A stretch of DNA of 64,000 nt from Azolla caroliniana (Eukaryota > Plantae > Polypodiophyta): positions 3,534,001 through 3,598,000 of the forward strand of contig JBHGNT010000021.1 of assembly GCA_043228905.1 (NCBI GenBank). The letters are read 5' to 3'. Positions within the stretch are counted from its first letter, which is position 1. Each line of letters begins with the position of its first letter. Position numbers and translations under genes: made by a program. This document shows positions 22,601 through 35,037 of the stretch, piece by piece. The notes beneath the pieces are model-generated. The model was not told where the DNA came from and searched no databases. It saw nothing but the letters and a program-made list of their open reading frames with translations.

Positions 22601-24605
22601 GTGGCGGCGAGGAGTCGGAGGCCGGAGCGTACGAGGTTACCAGAACGGATATCCGGTACGATATGGTGGACGGGTGGGTCCAAGACGGCGAGCCCGTGTC
22701 GGAACGGGCTACGGCGACAAAGGAGGAGAAGACCGACACGGAGGTCGGGTCTACGGCGGAAGAGCGAGACGAGATGCATGCAATACGGCCGATGGAGGGC
22801 CAAGACACAAGCATGCCTACGAAGGAGCCACATCGAGCGACCGAAGATGACGGTCGGATCACGCCTTCGAGAGGCGAATACGAGGAGGAAGGCGGCGACG
22901 ACAAGACCTGGCACGATGCTAGGGAAGATTGGTGGGAAGAGGTGGCCTACGGAGAGGCTAAGACCGGCGGCCACGAAGATAAGGCCCGAGAGGGATCCTC
23001 CACACCGGCTATAGAGACTCCGGCGGTCGGCGCGAGTGCCGACGTGAGACCAAGAGTGGCGGACGGTGGCGGCGAGGGGACGAAGGCCACAACGGATGAA
23101 GGCACCGAGAGAGGCATACGGGAGGTCGCGGAGAACGAAGATGTATGCGCCCAAAAGAACGAACACGACATCACGAAGGATGTGTGCGGTCGAGCGGGCC
23201 AAGAGGGCCAAGAGGGTGTTCCTCCGAGCGAAACGGAGGTCGGGGAAGAAAGGTACCTTTCCGAAAGGGTACGCGAAGAGGAGCGGAATGCGAAACGTGC
23301 AATGCGGCCGCATGAGGGCCAAGCAACGAGCACGGGAACGATGGTATGCTCTACGGTGAGAGAGCACGGCAAGCAAAGGGAAGGCGAAAAATGCGTGATG
23401 GGGTCATCGAAGGACCGAAGCACGAGCACGCATTCGGAGGACGACACCGACGTACGGGGAAAGCCTACGGAAGGCAAGCGCAGAGCGAGAAGAGTCGGCA
23501 CGACGAGGTGTGCGGCACGAAAAAGGCGGATCCGGAGGATATGCGAGGCGGACAAAGGGTCGGCAACGGCGTTCGGGAGGACCGATCGGGGAAGAAAGCG
23601 CGGGCATCGGAAACGGCGGTCCGGATGTAGACAGTGGTTCGAGGAAACACGGTGGACGTGGCGGATCGGGTGGAGGCAACGACTCGGCGAACGTCGTCAA
23701 GTGTGGCGGATCGGATGGAGCCGACGGTTCGAGACCATTCGGCGGAGATGGTGGGCCGGAAGGCGACGGTGGTTCGTGTGGACGGGGTGGACTTGCTCGA
23801 AGTGGAAGACTAAGCCGGGCAAGCCCACGAGGTTGTCAAGGGCTCGGTTGGCCGCCTTGGCCGAAAATCTCGCGTTTTGTTCCCCTTTTGGCACATACCG
23901 GTGGATGTGCGGTTAGGTGGGGGCGGATGTCGTGAAGATTTTCGTCCATAGGCGGAAAACCGAGCGAAGTAAGCAAACCCGCGATGTGCAACGTTGCACA
24001 TCAAGATGTTGTATTTCTATTTGTCGATAGTGATAAGTGTGGTGCTAGAAATGCACCTTAGGATTTGTAAAGTGTAAAGGTGATGTGCTTTTTCGCGCAC
24101 ATCCACGTGAGAGAGAGAGATAGGTACATAGTAGTTCGTGTAGAGGTGGGAGTTAAGACCCATCCTTCCCTCCTCCCCTAAAATCAAGGGAAATATCCCC
24201 ATTGATTGAAAGGGGATATTTTGTAGCACCCTTTTTGAAAACGGTCTTCTCTCCTTGTGCTATAAAAGGAGAGGAAGAGCACCATTGTGGGGGTTGCCTT
24301 ATTTTTGAGTGCGAAAGGTATACCACATAGGACGAGCGTTAGGATTAGGGTGTCTTTTCTTCTTCGTCGGATTAGGGTTTCGGGTTTATCATAGTCGTTT
24401 GGTGCGGCCTACGCGGCCGCCATTTTGTAATCGGTTTTCGGTTCTAATATATCTTGTTGAGCATTTGGCCTCCATCTTCCTCTTGTTCATTCTTTCTCTT
24501 CTTGTGCTAAGCTCCATTCCGAAGTCCTATTCCTTCTCCCCTTCTCCTTAGTCCAAGACCCCCGTGGTTCCGCCCTTCTCCACGCACTTGCGAAATATCT
24601 CGACA
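19685..24605 (+). mobile_element. Gag-only non-autonomous LTR retrotransposon N2
   Basis: 678-bp LTRs at 19685-20362 and 23928-24605 (about 5 substitutions seen), TSD ACGT, Trp PBS 20367-20384, PPT 23915-23927, no pol. Confidence 0.95.
20405..23916 (+). CDS. Gag-like protein with long acidic repeat tail and Trp/Arg repeats (~1170 aa); one frameshift near 20895
   Basis: ORF 20405..21133 (GRFDGKEV...VLLFLKT) continues in ORF 20722..23916 (HHEERMDIMFELQDDYGAHGLTEEW). Homologous to the N1 and N3 proteins. Confidence 0.82.
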
Positions 24606-24609
24606 ACGT

Positions 24610-24687
24610 GGTGCCCAAAAGTTGTTGATGGGTGGGGGGTGGAGCCAAGAAGAGCTCCACCTCCTTCCCAAGGGGTTGAGCGTGAGG

Positions 24688-24739
<52 letters not shown>

Positions 24740-25029
24740 TGAGAGGCAAAACTTCTACTATTTATATATCCTTCATTCATGCCCCTTGGGTGGGGTATAT
24801 AGGTGGATTACATGAGGGTTCCAAATGAAGAACATACAATGGGGTTTGTGGGTTAGTTACATAACCTTGTAACAACTTAGACCCGCTTTACCATATTAAT
24901 ATACTCACACTTATGTGCACATTTGCACATACACGTACACATGACTTATCTATCCATGTACCAACACTTATACACTTACTCATACACTTACAATCCTACG
25001 AATAACACATATGGCACACCCGTGGGACA
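24610..25029. mobile_element. Probable LTR (possible start 19675, split by N2, end ~25009) followed by a tRNA-Arg-type PBS-like sequence at 25012-25028
   Basis: ...AATAACACA then TGGCACACCCGTGGGAC, nearly the same motif as 49934. Contains (GA)n. No partner LTR seen. Confidence 0.5.
24692..24735. repeat. (GA)n microsatellite
   Basis: About 22 GA units. Confidence 0.95.
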
Positions 25030-25246
25030 GTGCCTTGCACGGGTGAACCCATATGCCTTCAATAAACACGAACATCAATCCTTGGACCGGAACTCCCTCA
25101 GTATTCTCCTATTGCGTTGGTCAGAACTCCATCGACCGAAACACGCGTAACACGAACATAAACTCAATGACACGAACCTCTCGTTCGGTCGGAACATCCG
25201 CGAACATAGAACTTCGGTACTCTCTTTTTAGGTCTATAAATGATAC

Positions 25247-25249
25247 TGT

Positions 25250-25282
<33 letters not shown>
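25247..25282. repeat. (TG)n microsatellite
   Basis: Near-perfect TG run. Confidence 0.9.
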
Positions 25283-25288
<6 letters not shown>

Positions 25289-28200
25289 TTTCTTTTATGT
25301 GAGTTGTGAGTTTTTACAAAATGTTAAGATATGCCCTCATGTTTTTGAGATTTTTGGTAATGCCCTTCAAATGTTTAAAATTCTGTTCGTTGCCCTCGAG
25401 TTTTTGAAATTCTCCATTTTGTCCTCCAGTTTTCTTCTTCGTCTTCTTTCTCCTGTTTGGCTTGGATGATCTTGCCGAAACCATGGGAGAGCTAGCTAGG
25501 TGGAGCTCTCTCCCTACTCTGTGTAGGTCTGTTCTCGCTCGTTTCTACTCGCCGGACGTTTTAAAATTGATCGTTCTGATGGGGTGGAGTGGTTTACTGA
25601 GATTCGATTCGATGTGATTTCCATGTGCAAGAAAAGATGGAAATGGATGTGGAGGGAGGTTGATCGATCTATTCATGGACGAATTAGTGTTGCTTTACAG
25701 AGATGGAAAACAAGGGAATCCATCAGATCTGAGGAGGGGATGAACAAAGTGTTGATGGGTGGGATTATTCCAAAACTTGTCAAAGGGAAATCTTTCACAA
25801 AATTGAAGTCAAATTATGTGATGGTTACACTAAGACGGCTTGGAAAAGCGCTTAAAGAAGAGGAATCCACCAAGAAGGTGAAGTAAAAATCCACAGAAGA
25901 ACACTAGTGTACAATATTATGCTCAAAAATGTAGTCAACCAGTATTTGAAAATCATGAAGGGAAATTTCATAGGGAGGTATACAATCCTGCAATGATTTA
26001 TCTAAGAGACTAAGTGAAGAAGTTGATTGTAGACCCAATACAATTTTTTGGATGTCTTGTGAGGTGGCTATGGGAATAGATCCACTTATCAAAAGCTCCT
26101 TTTGAAATAAGGTCTTGGGAAACTACCAGAAATATACATATTGTGTTGCCTGCTGCCCCCTTCTAGGAAATGCTTACTTTTCATGGCAAATACTGAAACA
26201 AATGCTTAGCCAATTCTGAAGTAATTTCACATATCTTGAAATGTTTTTTGAGTCTGTGTATTGTTAAAGTTAGATTTTGTCCCAATGGGTGAAATCTCAA
26301 GTAAACAATGCCATAAGAATAACCCCTCCTTTAATGCAAAGCAAGAGTGCTTGATTCTTGCTAAACAATTTTTTCATGGAAAAGAGTGCAGTGTAATCAT
26401 GTGCCATAGTTGACCTTATATACATTGGAGCAAAAAAGTAGCAACTTGCATACCACTGTGATAATTTTGATGCTTTGGTAAATAGGTGCCAATATCTAGG
26501 TTCCAAACTTGAGAGTGACTTCCACCTACTTGCATTTCTCTATACATAATAACTAGGACCTCATATCTCAACATGAGGGTATTCAATTGGGTAGAAAATA
26601 GGAAATTTGGGTTGGTGTTCATGTAATGGAATTGCATGCCATTAAAACTTGGAGATTGTCTCATGTGTACTTAATATTTGTTTGTTTGAATATGCATGTG
26701 TACTACTTCCGGCATAGCTATTTTTTATATAATTTTCCTCAATTGCATCCTATATTTTAGCATCATTATCGAAGAGCAAATAATGACATTTTCCCATTTT
26801 TTATGGACTTGAACCAGACCCAGTACCATATATCTAGACACTTACACATACTCCCATGTGGACATTTAATCCATGCTTAATAAATTGTTAGGACAATTCG
26901 TATAAAGGGAGGAAGCATTTCTATGGAGTGACAGTGAGGCTTGATCATGTGGTTGCTCAATGAATCCAAAATTTTATCTTCGGAGGGGTTTTTTCCATTC
27001 TTCTTCATATGGATGGGTGGAGATAAACTACAAAATTACATATCAATTTGGGTAGGGTGATGTTGTACTTTGCTTGGGTGATGTATTTCAAGCTCATTTT
27101 CATTGTTCACTGTTGTGGTCTTTCGAGATTTCACTGACAGTGACAGGCCCTACATGTTGTTGTCATTGGCCAAGATTTTCCGATTCAAGTCATAGGAGAC
27201 CTCATATTGTGTTCTTCTTCATCTTGCTAATTTGGAGAATGTTATGGCTTGGCCATACTTTCTTTACTAGTCCAATACGTTACGAGGATTTTTATCGTTA
27301 CCTTACCTGTAAAGCTTGGCTATGGTCGTTCGGCACTGTTTCACAACATTGCTTGTAACATTCGACTACTTTGTATATTATCCTCTAGCCACTTTGCTTT
27401 TGATACCAATGGAGGATATTCCTCTTAAAAAAAACAATGGATGAAAGGGAGATCCAACGACCCAAGACCAATTGGCTATTAAATATTTATTGCCCAAAGT
27501 TCTAGATAATTTACAAGATGTGAACATAGTTTTGTCTAAAGTTGAGACCAAACTCAAAAGCCCTAACAACATCCCCATGATACACAATCTAACAAGAATA
27601 TTAAAGTCTCAATAGCCATATGTAACACATAAATGCCAAATATACTAAGATTAGTCATTTTTCCATACAAATTGTTTTGGATGGTATATATGTTGCTCTA
27701 ATGAATCATAGAGTATTTACATAAAGAAAAAACCACAAACACAATAAGTTGACCCAAGGAAAGTATACATCAGATTCAACGACTAGTCCACAACTACATT
27801 TGGTCTGGTAAGGAAGATCAAGTAGCTCGTGCCAAGGTGGCGTGGCCTATACTCACAACGCCTAAGTCGAGAGGGGGATTGGGTCTTACTGATCCCCTTT
27901 CACAATTGAAAGCCTTACTTGCCAAATTTGTGGTGCGAGGACTCCAACCAGGAAATGATTGTTGGAAAATGCTATTAAGGTTACGTTTCGCTTACTTTAG
28001 GCCACGAAAAGGGGTCAATTGAGCTCCCCAAACGGGATGGATTCTAAACATGGATCTCAAACCTAGTTTCTCCCGCCAATTGGAGGATAGATTTAGTGCA
28101 TCCATGTGGAAGGCATGGTGTGACATTCGTCGAGGACTCAAGTGTGATCAACCAAGATCCGAACCTGCTTGGCTCAGTCAACGTATCCTATGGAACCCAT

Positions 28201-29156
28201 GTATCAAGGATGAATCTAATCAACTATTGGGATCACGTAAGGGGTTGTCATGGGGATACATTGCAGAAGGTCCAGGAAAAAGTATAGAATTTTGGCGACG
28301 GTTTATGTCACTGCCACTACAAGATTAGGTGAACATACTCCATGGAATCAGGGGTGGATGGACTATGAGATCGGAAATCATTAACGCTCTACTGATTAAG
28401 GAATCTACTACTCGAAGGACGACAATGGAGAAATGGATTGTTACGGGCATGACCATATAATATCCCGTGGTGAGAATTGTCGTAGTATTCTATACACGTG
28501 GATAAGTGTGAGGGTTAAACAAAGAGTCTAAAGAAGGGGAGGATTACTTTTAATCCTCGGGATTGAGACAACCCATGAGGCCAAGTGTGAACATGGCTGG
28601 GGGCCTTGAGAATTACTATAAATAAGAGGCCTAGCTACCCTCATTGGGGCATGCATTGACTACGTCGAGACTCTGTCCGTAAGTGGAACGACTCTTGTAG
28701 CAAGCGCGCTATCATCCAGGTACGACTCGACGCCAAGGCGGTGGTATGGGACGCCGATCGAGGCTCGAGTCCGTCTCGATCCCTTCGCTCGGGGGTGGTC
28801 GGGTGGATCGGCACCCTTCTTTCTCTCTTTTCTCTCTATTCTTTCTAGATCTATCATTGATATATCCTTATTTTATGCTTACTTTAGTACCTAATCTCTA
28901 ATATTTGGTATCAGAGCATATGTACTAACGTTTCTTTTGGTTTTCTTTTTGTCTTCGCGTGGGATGGCGATTGATCGTTGTGCGGTCGCCTTCATGCATA
29001 CAAGGATTAGCAAAAGAACTTCGGTAAATTTTCCTTAATTTTTTATCTAATTTTTCTTCTCCCTTCTATACATGTGTATACTTAATATGTAGTTTTTTTT
29101 TCATATATTCAATGATGTTGACGTGGTATTTAATTGGTTATCTTAAACGTTTACAT

Positions 29157-29416
29157 ATGTCCACGAGGTCAATACCTCGTTTGACATATAAATCATATGT
29201 GATGAGTGTCGTATGCGTACGAGGTTACTACCTCAATTGCGTATTACGTTCACGAACATATGTTACGTTCGCGTACGAGGTCAATACCTCGATTCGTTCG
29301 AAATGATATGCGTTGGATTTACTATGCGTAAGAGGTCAATACCTCAATTGCGAATTACGCTTAACCTTATTTTCGGATGTTTCGTGTGCGTAGAGGTATA
29401 TGCCTCGATTACGTAT
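29157..29416 (+). repeat. Five regularly spaced hairpin repeats in the chromovirus 5' leader
   Basis: GAGG-N6-CCTC at 29165, 29221, 29277, 29332 and 29393. Confidence 0.85.
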
Positions 29417-30513
29417 CCCGAATACATCATTGTTGGCTATATAAAAAAAACGATTCATTTAGTATACGCATATGTGGTCACTTATATACGTCTCTGATCG
29501 TATATATGTGATAAATGGACATATGTGTATATTTTAGATTACGTGATTCATATCAAACGTTTTCCTACTTGGGGAGAGGATTTTGGTGGCCGTCCTCACA
29601 TTTTTGTGAGAATGGCGTTGTCACCATCCCTTTTATCAACAATTTTTATTGTTGAAATTCCCGTTGGTCACTTTGATATTTCGTTACGTAACGAACCTCG
29701 TATAGCCAAAATGACGTTGAATACGTCGGGCTTGATCCACATCAAGTAGGGTCGCTCTAATGACACACGTATCCAACATCTCCCCTCGTTACATGGATAC
29801 GATGCCACCATGAGCTCGTTCTTACGAGTGGCATTCGTAATGACGTGACCATGTGATGGGCCACATGAGCCTACGAAGACACAAGGGCTCATTCGGCTTG
29901 ACCATTAGGTTACACTTTGGCATATGCCATCGTAATTACGAGGCTTGAGGTTAGGTAGCGTACAACCATAGTGGGTAATAAATGAGGGAGAAATAAGGCC
30001 ACTTGACCTATATGTTTCTTTTAAACAAAAAACATATAGGGGCAAATGCCTCGCATATCTCGAATACGCCTCAAACATTAAACATTCAAGACGCGCAATC
30101 TACTTGGTTGGCTCAAGTGTTTAATGTATTTGTCCTCGAGGTCTCGAGTTCAAATATGACCAACACCATACAACATCGTTGATACATATGACTATAATAC
30201 ATGTTTAGACTTTAGGTCTAAGTGCACTTCGGGGTCCTCGTAATAGGACTTAAAGAGCCGAAACCACATATGTGGGCACAGAAACATAGTTATTGTTAAC
30301 ATTTTTTTCGTGTATAAACTATTCATGACGTGAACATACATGGTTGAGCCTCGGGGAGCCGCCATGAAAAAAATCGATATAGAGATCAGGGAAAGGCATT
30401 CATTTGTCACCCCCATGGTTTTTAAAACACCTCTGTGTTACCATAGTAACCTGATCTTGAACCTCATCTCATACGTCTAGAGGGGTATTGACGTGAGATC
30501 ATGATATCGATTA

Positions 30514-33500
30514 ATGTTTGCCCATGATATGTTTACACCACGACAAGATGTTATGACTATTTGTCTGACCTTATCTTATTTCTTTGCCAGAAATAATCAT
30601 TCAATGGCTCAGAATAACGACCCGATGCCCTCCGCTCAAGCGGAAAGAACTCAAGGAAATCCTCATGGGACAATGTCCATTGAGGCGTATATTTTACAAG
30701 TACAACATTTCCTTAGTTCAACCGCGCAGCAGTTGACCGAATTTCGGCAATCTCAAAGTGCTCTCGAGGCACGAGTCATTAGTCTCCAAAATGAGATTAA
30801 TAGACCTGATGAGCGTCAGGGTGAACCATCATTTGTCGTAAAGCCATTTACGGGAGATAAAAAGGAAAGAACCGAAGAAGCAATCTGCACGTGGCTGGGC
30901 CGATGGGAGTCTCATTTTGAGCTCTATCCCACGCCAGATAGTACGAAGATTGCATATGTCGGCCGAGAACTAGGGGGTAAGGCCGCCGCTTGGTGGCGTG
31001 GGCTCCGAACTTTGGGGAGATTGCCCGAGACCTGGACAGACTTTGTCACAGTTTTCAAGGGTCAATTTCTACAACCTCCCTCTCGAACCGAGGCAGCACA
31101 AGCTTTAATGAACCTCTCTAGCAGGAAGTTTTCCTCGCTAGAAGACTATGTCCACCATGCTAGAACCCAAATCCAAAAATCGGGTCTAGAAGGGGACAAT
31201 TGGTTAATAGCTTGTTTTGTCAATGGCATCCCCAATTCGGACTATCACTGGATAGTGCACGATAAGGATCCAAAATCCTTCGAAGAGGCCGTTGAGATAG
31301 TTCTTTGCTATCAACGCACTTCGAAGAAGGACCATAACAAACCCAACGAAGCGCCCGGGACTAAGCAGTCGCAATTCGTTGGGAAACGCAAGACACCCAA
31401 CGAATTCATGGATCGCGATTATAAGCGACAACATCCTTTTTGCGTATTCTGCAAAAAGAAGGGTCATACAAAAGAGCAATGTCGTAAGCTCCAACGAAAA
31501 GAGCACGACGCCAAACCTAAAGCTACAGACCATAAAGGTCAGATTCCTAATGTCCTTCAGGTCTATACACATCATTTGAGTAATTGTCAATGTTCTTTCC
31601 CTCATTATGTATTGGGTCCCAATGATTTACTACGTGCAAACGGGTATATCAATGGATCTCCCGTACAATTTTTATTTGATTCGGGAAGCTCACACAATTT
31701 TGTGAATGATCGTTTGGTACAGATATGGGGAATCCAACCCACCGTAAGTGATCACACCTACACGGTGCACTTGGCTGATGGAAGAGTACAACACATCAAC
31801 GGGGCGATTCATTCTTTAGGAATTTCTATTGATACCTATATAGAGGAAGTAGACTTCCATGTAATGAATCTTAGTACCACCGATGTAATACTGGGTTATC
31901 CCTGGTTTTATAATAAAAGCTCTTCTTTATTTATTGATTGGGTTCGCCATTCCATTTCTTTTGTACTCAACAATTGTACGCATTTTATTCAATGTGTAAA
32001 AAAACAATCCCTCTCGATTGTTTCCTCGTGTCCATCAATATCCGAGTTGTCTTGTTCTACGTTATTTTATTGTGTACTTGATCCGGACATTCACGTTTAC
32101 AATATCGATAATGTCTCGGGTCAATTAACATATTTTGAACAAAAACAACTTGATGAAATCGTAAACGATTTTCGTGATGTTTTTCCGAGTGAACTACCCG
32201 ATGGTTTACCTCCTAAACGTAATATAGACCATCGTATAGATATTGTACCTGGCGTTGCACCCATTAGTATACCTCCGTATCGCCTAAGTCGATCTGAAGA
32301 GGATGAGGTAGCTAAGCAACTTAAGGACTATTTACGAATGGGTTATATACGTTATAGTAAATCTCCATGGGGTGCACCAGTTCTCTTGGTTAAAAAGAAA
32401 GAGGGCACATGGCGTATGTGTATTAATTACCAACGCTTGAATAAAGTGACGATCAAGAATTCGTACCCATTGCCCCGGGCTGACGATCTAATTGACCGTC
32501 TCCAGGGAGCTCGGTATTTTACGAAACTTGATCTCCGTACTGGCTACCATCAAATACGAATAAGTGAGGACGATGTTCCTAAAACAGCATTTCGTACGCG
32601 TTACGGCCATTATGAGTTTTTGGTTATGCCTTTTGGTTTGACCAATGCTCCGGCTACATTTCAACAAGAAATGAATGACATTTTCCGAGAACAACTTGGA
32701 AAATTTGTCGTTATCTTCTTAGATGATATTTTAGTTTATAGCCGTACATTGCAAGAACATGCTAGACATGTCCGCTTTGTTTTACAAATATTGCGTGACA
32801 AACAATTTTACGCGAAGATCTCAAAATGTGAGTTCTTCAAGAAATCAATTACTTATCTTGGACATCTCATAACCGAACGAGGAGTTGAAATTGATCCTTC
32901 TCGCATCGAGAAAATCAAGCTTTGGCCCACTCTTCGGAATATTCGAGAAGTTCGATCATTCCTTGGTTTTGTCGGATTTTTGCGAAAATCTCTTCGTAAT
33001 TACTCACAATTGACGACGCCGTTTACTGATCTTCTAAAAGGTCAAACGCGTAAGTCTACAAAACCTATTGTGTGGAATGCTACACTAGACCTCGCCTTTA
33101 AGGAACTCAAGGACTTGGTATGCAAGGCTCCTTCACTTCTTTTACCCGATCCTTCAAAACCTTTTGAGGTTGAAACCGACGCAAGCGATTATGCTATAGG
33201 TGCTGTCTTGTATCAAGATGGTAAACCAATAGCATTCGAGAGTAAGAAACTTGATTCTGCTCAATGTCGGTATACCGTTCAAGAAAAGGAATTATTTGCG
33301 GTTATACATGCGCTCAAAACATGGCGCCATTATCTTTATGGAAATCGCTTTGTGGTAACTACGGACCACGAGTCCTTGAAATATTTTTGTGACCAACAAG
33401 ACCTGAAAGGTCGTAAGGCACGATGGGCTGATCTCATCCAGGACTTTGATTTTTCCATACGATATCGTAAAGGTTCCATGAATACTGTCGCTGATGCACT

Positions 33501-35037
33501 AAGTCGCATCCGTGAAGTTAACATGCTTAGCTTCACTGAAATAACATCAGATCTTTATGATCACCTTCGAGGAAAGTATCCTGATGACAATTATTTTGCA
33601 AAATACTGGGCAAGAGTCGAGTCTGGAACAGACACCACCACACCCTCGAAGGAATACTTCCACATTGCTAACGGTCTGCTCTACCGTAATGGGAAGGTTT
33701 GTGTTCCAGATTTGCCTGAGGTCAAAAAGAGAATTCTTTTTGAATGCCATGATGCACCCTCAGCAGGGCACCCTGGAATACATCGTACACTCGTTCTCAT
33801 CTCCACTCAATTTTATTGGCCTAAGATGCGTCCTGACATACATAGCTATGTGACTAAATGTCACCAATGTCAGGTTAACAAAGCCGAGCGACTTAAAGCC
33901 GCAGGACTTTTACATCCCTTGGACATTCCCAATAATAAGTGGGAAAGTATATCCATGGATTTTATTGTTAGCCTTCCTCGCACCCAAAAAGGTCATGATG
34001 CCATATGGGTTGTGGTTGACAGACTAACTAAAATGGCCAGATTTATTGCTACTAAAACCACGGTAACAGCTCCTGAATTGGCTTACCAATTCGTTGATGA
34101 GTTATTTCGTTTTTACGGGTTACCGATGGATATCGTGAGTGACCGAGATCCAAAGTTTACTAGTGACTTCTGGACGCAAGTCTTTAAGAAGTTAGAAACT
34201 ACGTTGAGCATGAGCTCCACGGATCATCCTCAATCCGATGGACAGACAGAACGAGTAAATCAAATTATTGAGGACATGCTTCGAGCATACGTTGGTGCAA
34301 AACCAACAAAATGGGAACGTTACCTCCCAATTTTGGAGTTTGCTTATAACAGCTCCAAGCATACGTCGACGGGATATAGTCCTTTTATGTTGATGTATGG
34401 ATTTCAGCCACGAGCCCCGATTGATGTTAATATACATCATGATGAGTTGCGAAGTACACAAAACTTTCTTCGGGATATGCAAGATATGTTGCATATTGCA
34501 CGGGATAATATAAAAACAGCTCAAGATAGAGCCCGTTTTTATGCCGATCATCACAGGCAACCTCGTGTATTCAGCCCTGGACAGAAGGTATTTTTACGTG
34601 TACCTCACAATTCTAAGACATTGTCTACGGGCAAGTGCGCTAAGTTAGCCCCACGGTTTTGTGGACCTTTTACAGTCCTCAAACGCATTGGATCATCAGC
34701 CTATCGTCTCGCTCTTCCCGATGGTGTTGGAATCCATCCAGTCTTTCATGTAAGTCGTCTAAAAGAACTTCTAGGTTCTGGTGACAATACAGTTACAACT
34801 GAAACTCTGGTTACTTCTGAAGATTTATCTTCTAAACCACATGTACCAGAAAGAATTCTCGATGTTAAAACAAAAAAATTACGTGCTAAGGAAATCCGAG
34901 AATTTAAAATAAAATGGATGGATAAATCAATCAAAGATGCCACATGGGAACGCGAAACGACTCTAAGAACTAACTTCCCTAACTTTCCATTGCAAGAGTG
35001 CAATGTTTTAAAGAGGGGGAGTATGTTACGGGCATGA
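30514..35037 (+). CDS. Gag-PR-RT-RH-IN-chromodomain polyprotein, 1507 aa
   Basis: [18 protein letters not shown], protease LFDSGS, RT MPFGL...FLDD, RNase H TDAS, integrase HHCC/DDE, GPF, chromodomain PERILD...IKW...ATWE. Confidence 0.97.
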   Translation: MFAHDMFTPRQDVMTICLTLSYFFARNNHSMAQNNDPMPSAQAERTQGNPHGTMSIEAYILQVQHFLSSTAQQLTEFRQSQSALEARVISLQNEINRPDERQGEPSFVVKPFTGDKKERTEEAICTWLGRWESHFELYPTPDSTKIAYVGRELGGKAAAWWRGLRTLGRLPETWTDFVTVFKGQFLQPPSRTEAAQALMNLSSRKFSSLEDYVHHARTQIQKSGLEGDNWLIACFVNGIPNSDYHWIVHDKDPKSFEEAVEIVLCYQRTSKKDHNKPNEAPGTKQSQFVGKRKTPNEFMDRDYKRQHPFCVFCKKKGHTKEQCRKLQRKEHDAKPKATDHKGQIPNVLQVYTHHLSNCQCSFPHYVLGPNDLLRANGYINGSPVQFLFDSGSSHNFVNDRLVQIWGIQPTVSDHTYTVHLADGRVQHINGAIHSLGISIDTYIEEVDFHVMNLSTTDVILGYPWFYNKSSSLFIDWVRHSISFVLNNCTHFIQCVKKQSLSIVSSCPSISELSCSTLFYCVLDPDIHVYNIDNVSGQLTYFEQKQLDEIVNDFRDVFPSELPDGLPPKRNIDHRIDIVPGVAPISIPPYRLSRSEEDEVAKQLKDYLRMGYIRYSKSPWGAPVLLVKKKEGTWRMCINYQRLNKVTIKNSYPLPRADDLIDRLQGARYFTKLDLRTGYHQIRISEDDVPKTAFRTRYGHYEFLVMPFGLTNAPATFQQEMNDIFREQLGKFVVIFLDDILVYSRTLQEHARHVRFVLQILRDKQFYAKISKCEFFKKSITYLGHLITERGVEIDPSRIEKIKLWPTLRNIREVRSFLGFVGFLRKSLRNYSQLTTPFTDLLKGQTRKSTKPIVWNATLDLAFKELKDLVCKAPSLLLPDPSKPFEVETDASDYAIGAVLYQDGKPIAFESKKLDSAQCRYTVQEKELFAVIHALKTWRHYLYGNRFVVTTDHESLKYFCDQQDLKGRKARWADLIQDFDFSIRYRKGSMNTVADALSRIREVNMLSFTEITSDLYDHLRGKYPDDNYFAKYWARVESGTDTTTPSKEYFHIANGLLYRNGKVCVPDLPEVKKRILFECHDAPSAGHPGIHRTLVLISTQFYWPKMRPDIHSYVTKCHQCQVNKAERLKAAGLLHPLDIPNNKWESISMDFIVSLPRTQKGHDAIWVVVDRLTKMARFIATKTTVTAPELAYQFVDELFRFYGLPMDIVSDRDPKFTSDFWTQVFKKLETTLSMSSTDHPQSDGQTERVNQIIEDMLRAYVGAKPTKWERYLPILEFAYNSSKHTSTGYSPFMLMYGFQPRAPIDVNIHHDELRSTQNFLRDMQDMLHIARDNIKTAQDRARFYADHHRQPRVFSPGQKVFLRVPHNSKTLSTGKCAKLAPRFCGPFTVLKRIGSSAYRLALPDGVGIHPVFHVSRLKELLGSGDNTVTTETLVTSEDLSSKPHVPERILDVKTKKLRAKEIREFKIKWMDKSIKDATWERETTLRTNFPNFPLQECNVLKRGSMLRA

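Noticed and set aside
25290-27740. Short ORFs and possible old transposon debris
   Set aside because: I could not support any termini, TSD, motifs or consistent exon structure.
29157-29416. CRISPR-like repeat-spacer appearance
   Set aside because: Plant retrotransposon context, no cas genes, imperfect repeats and mutually related spacers. Kept only as a hairpin array.
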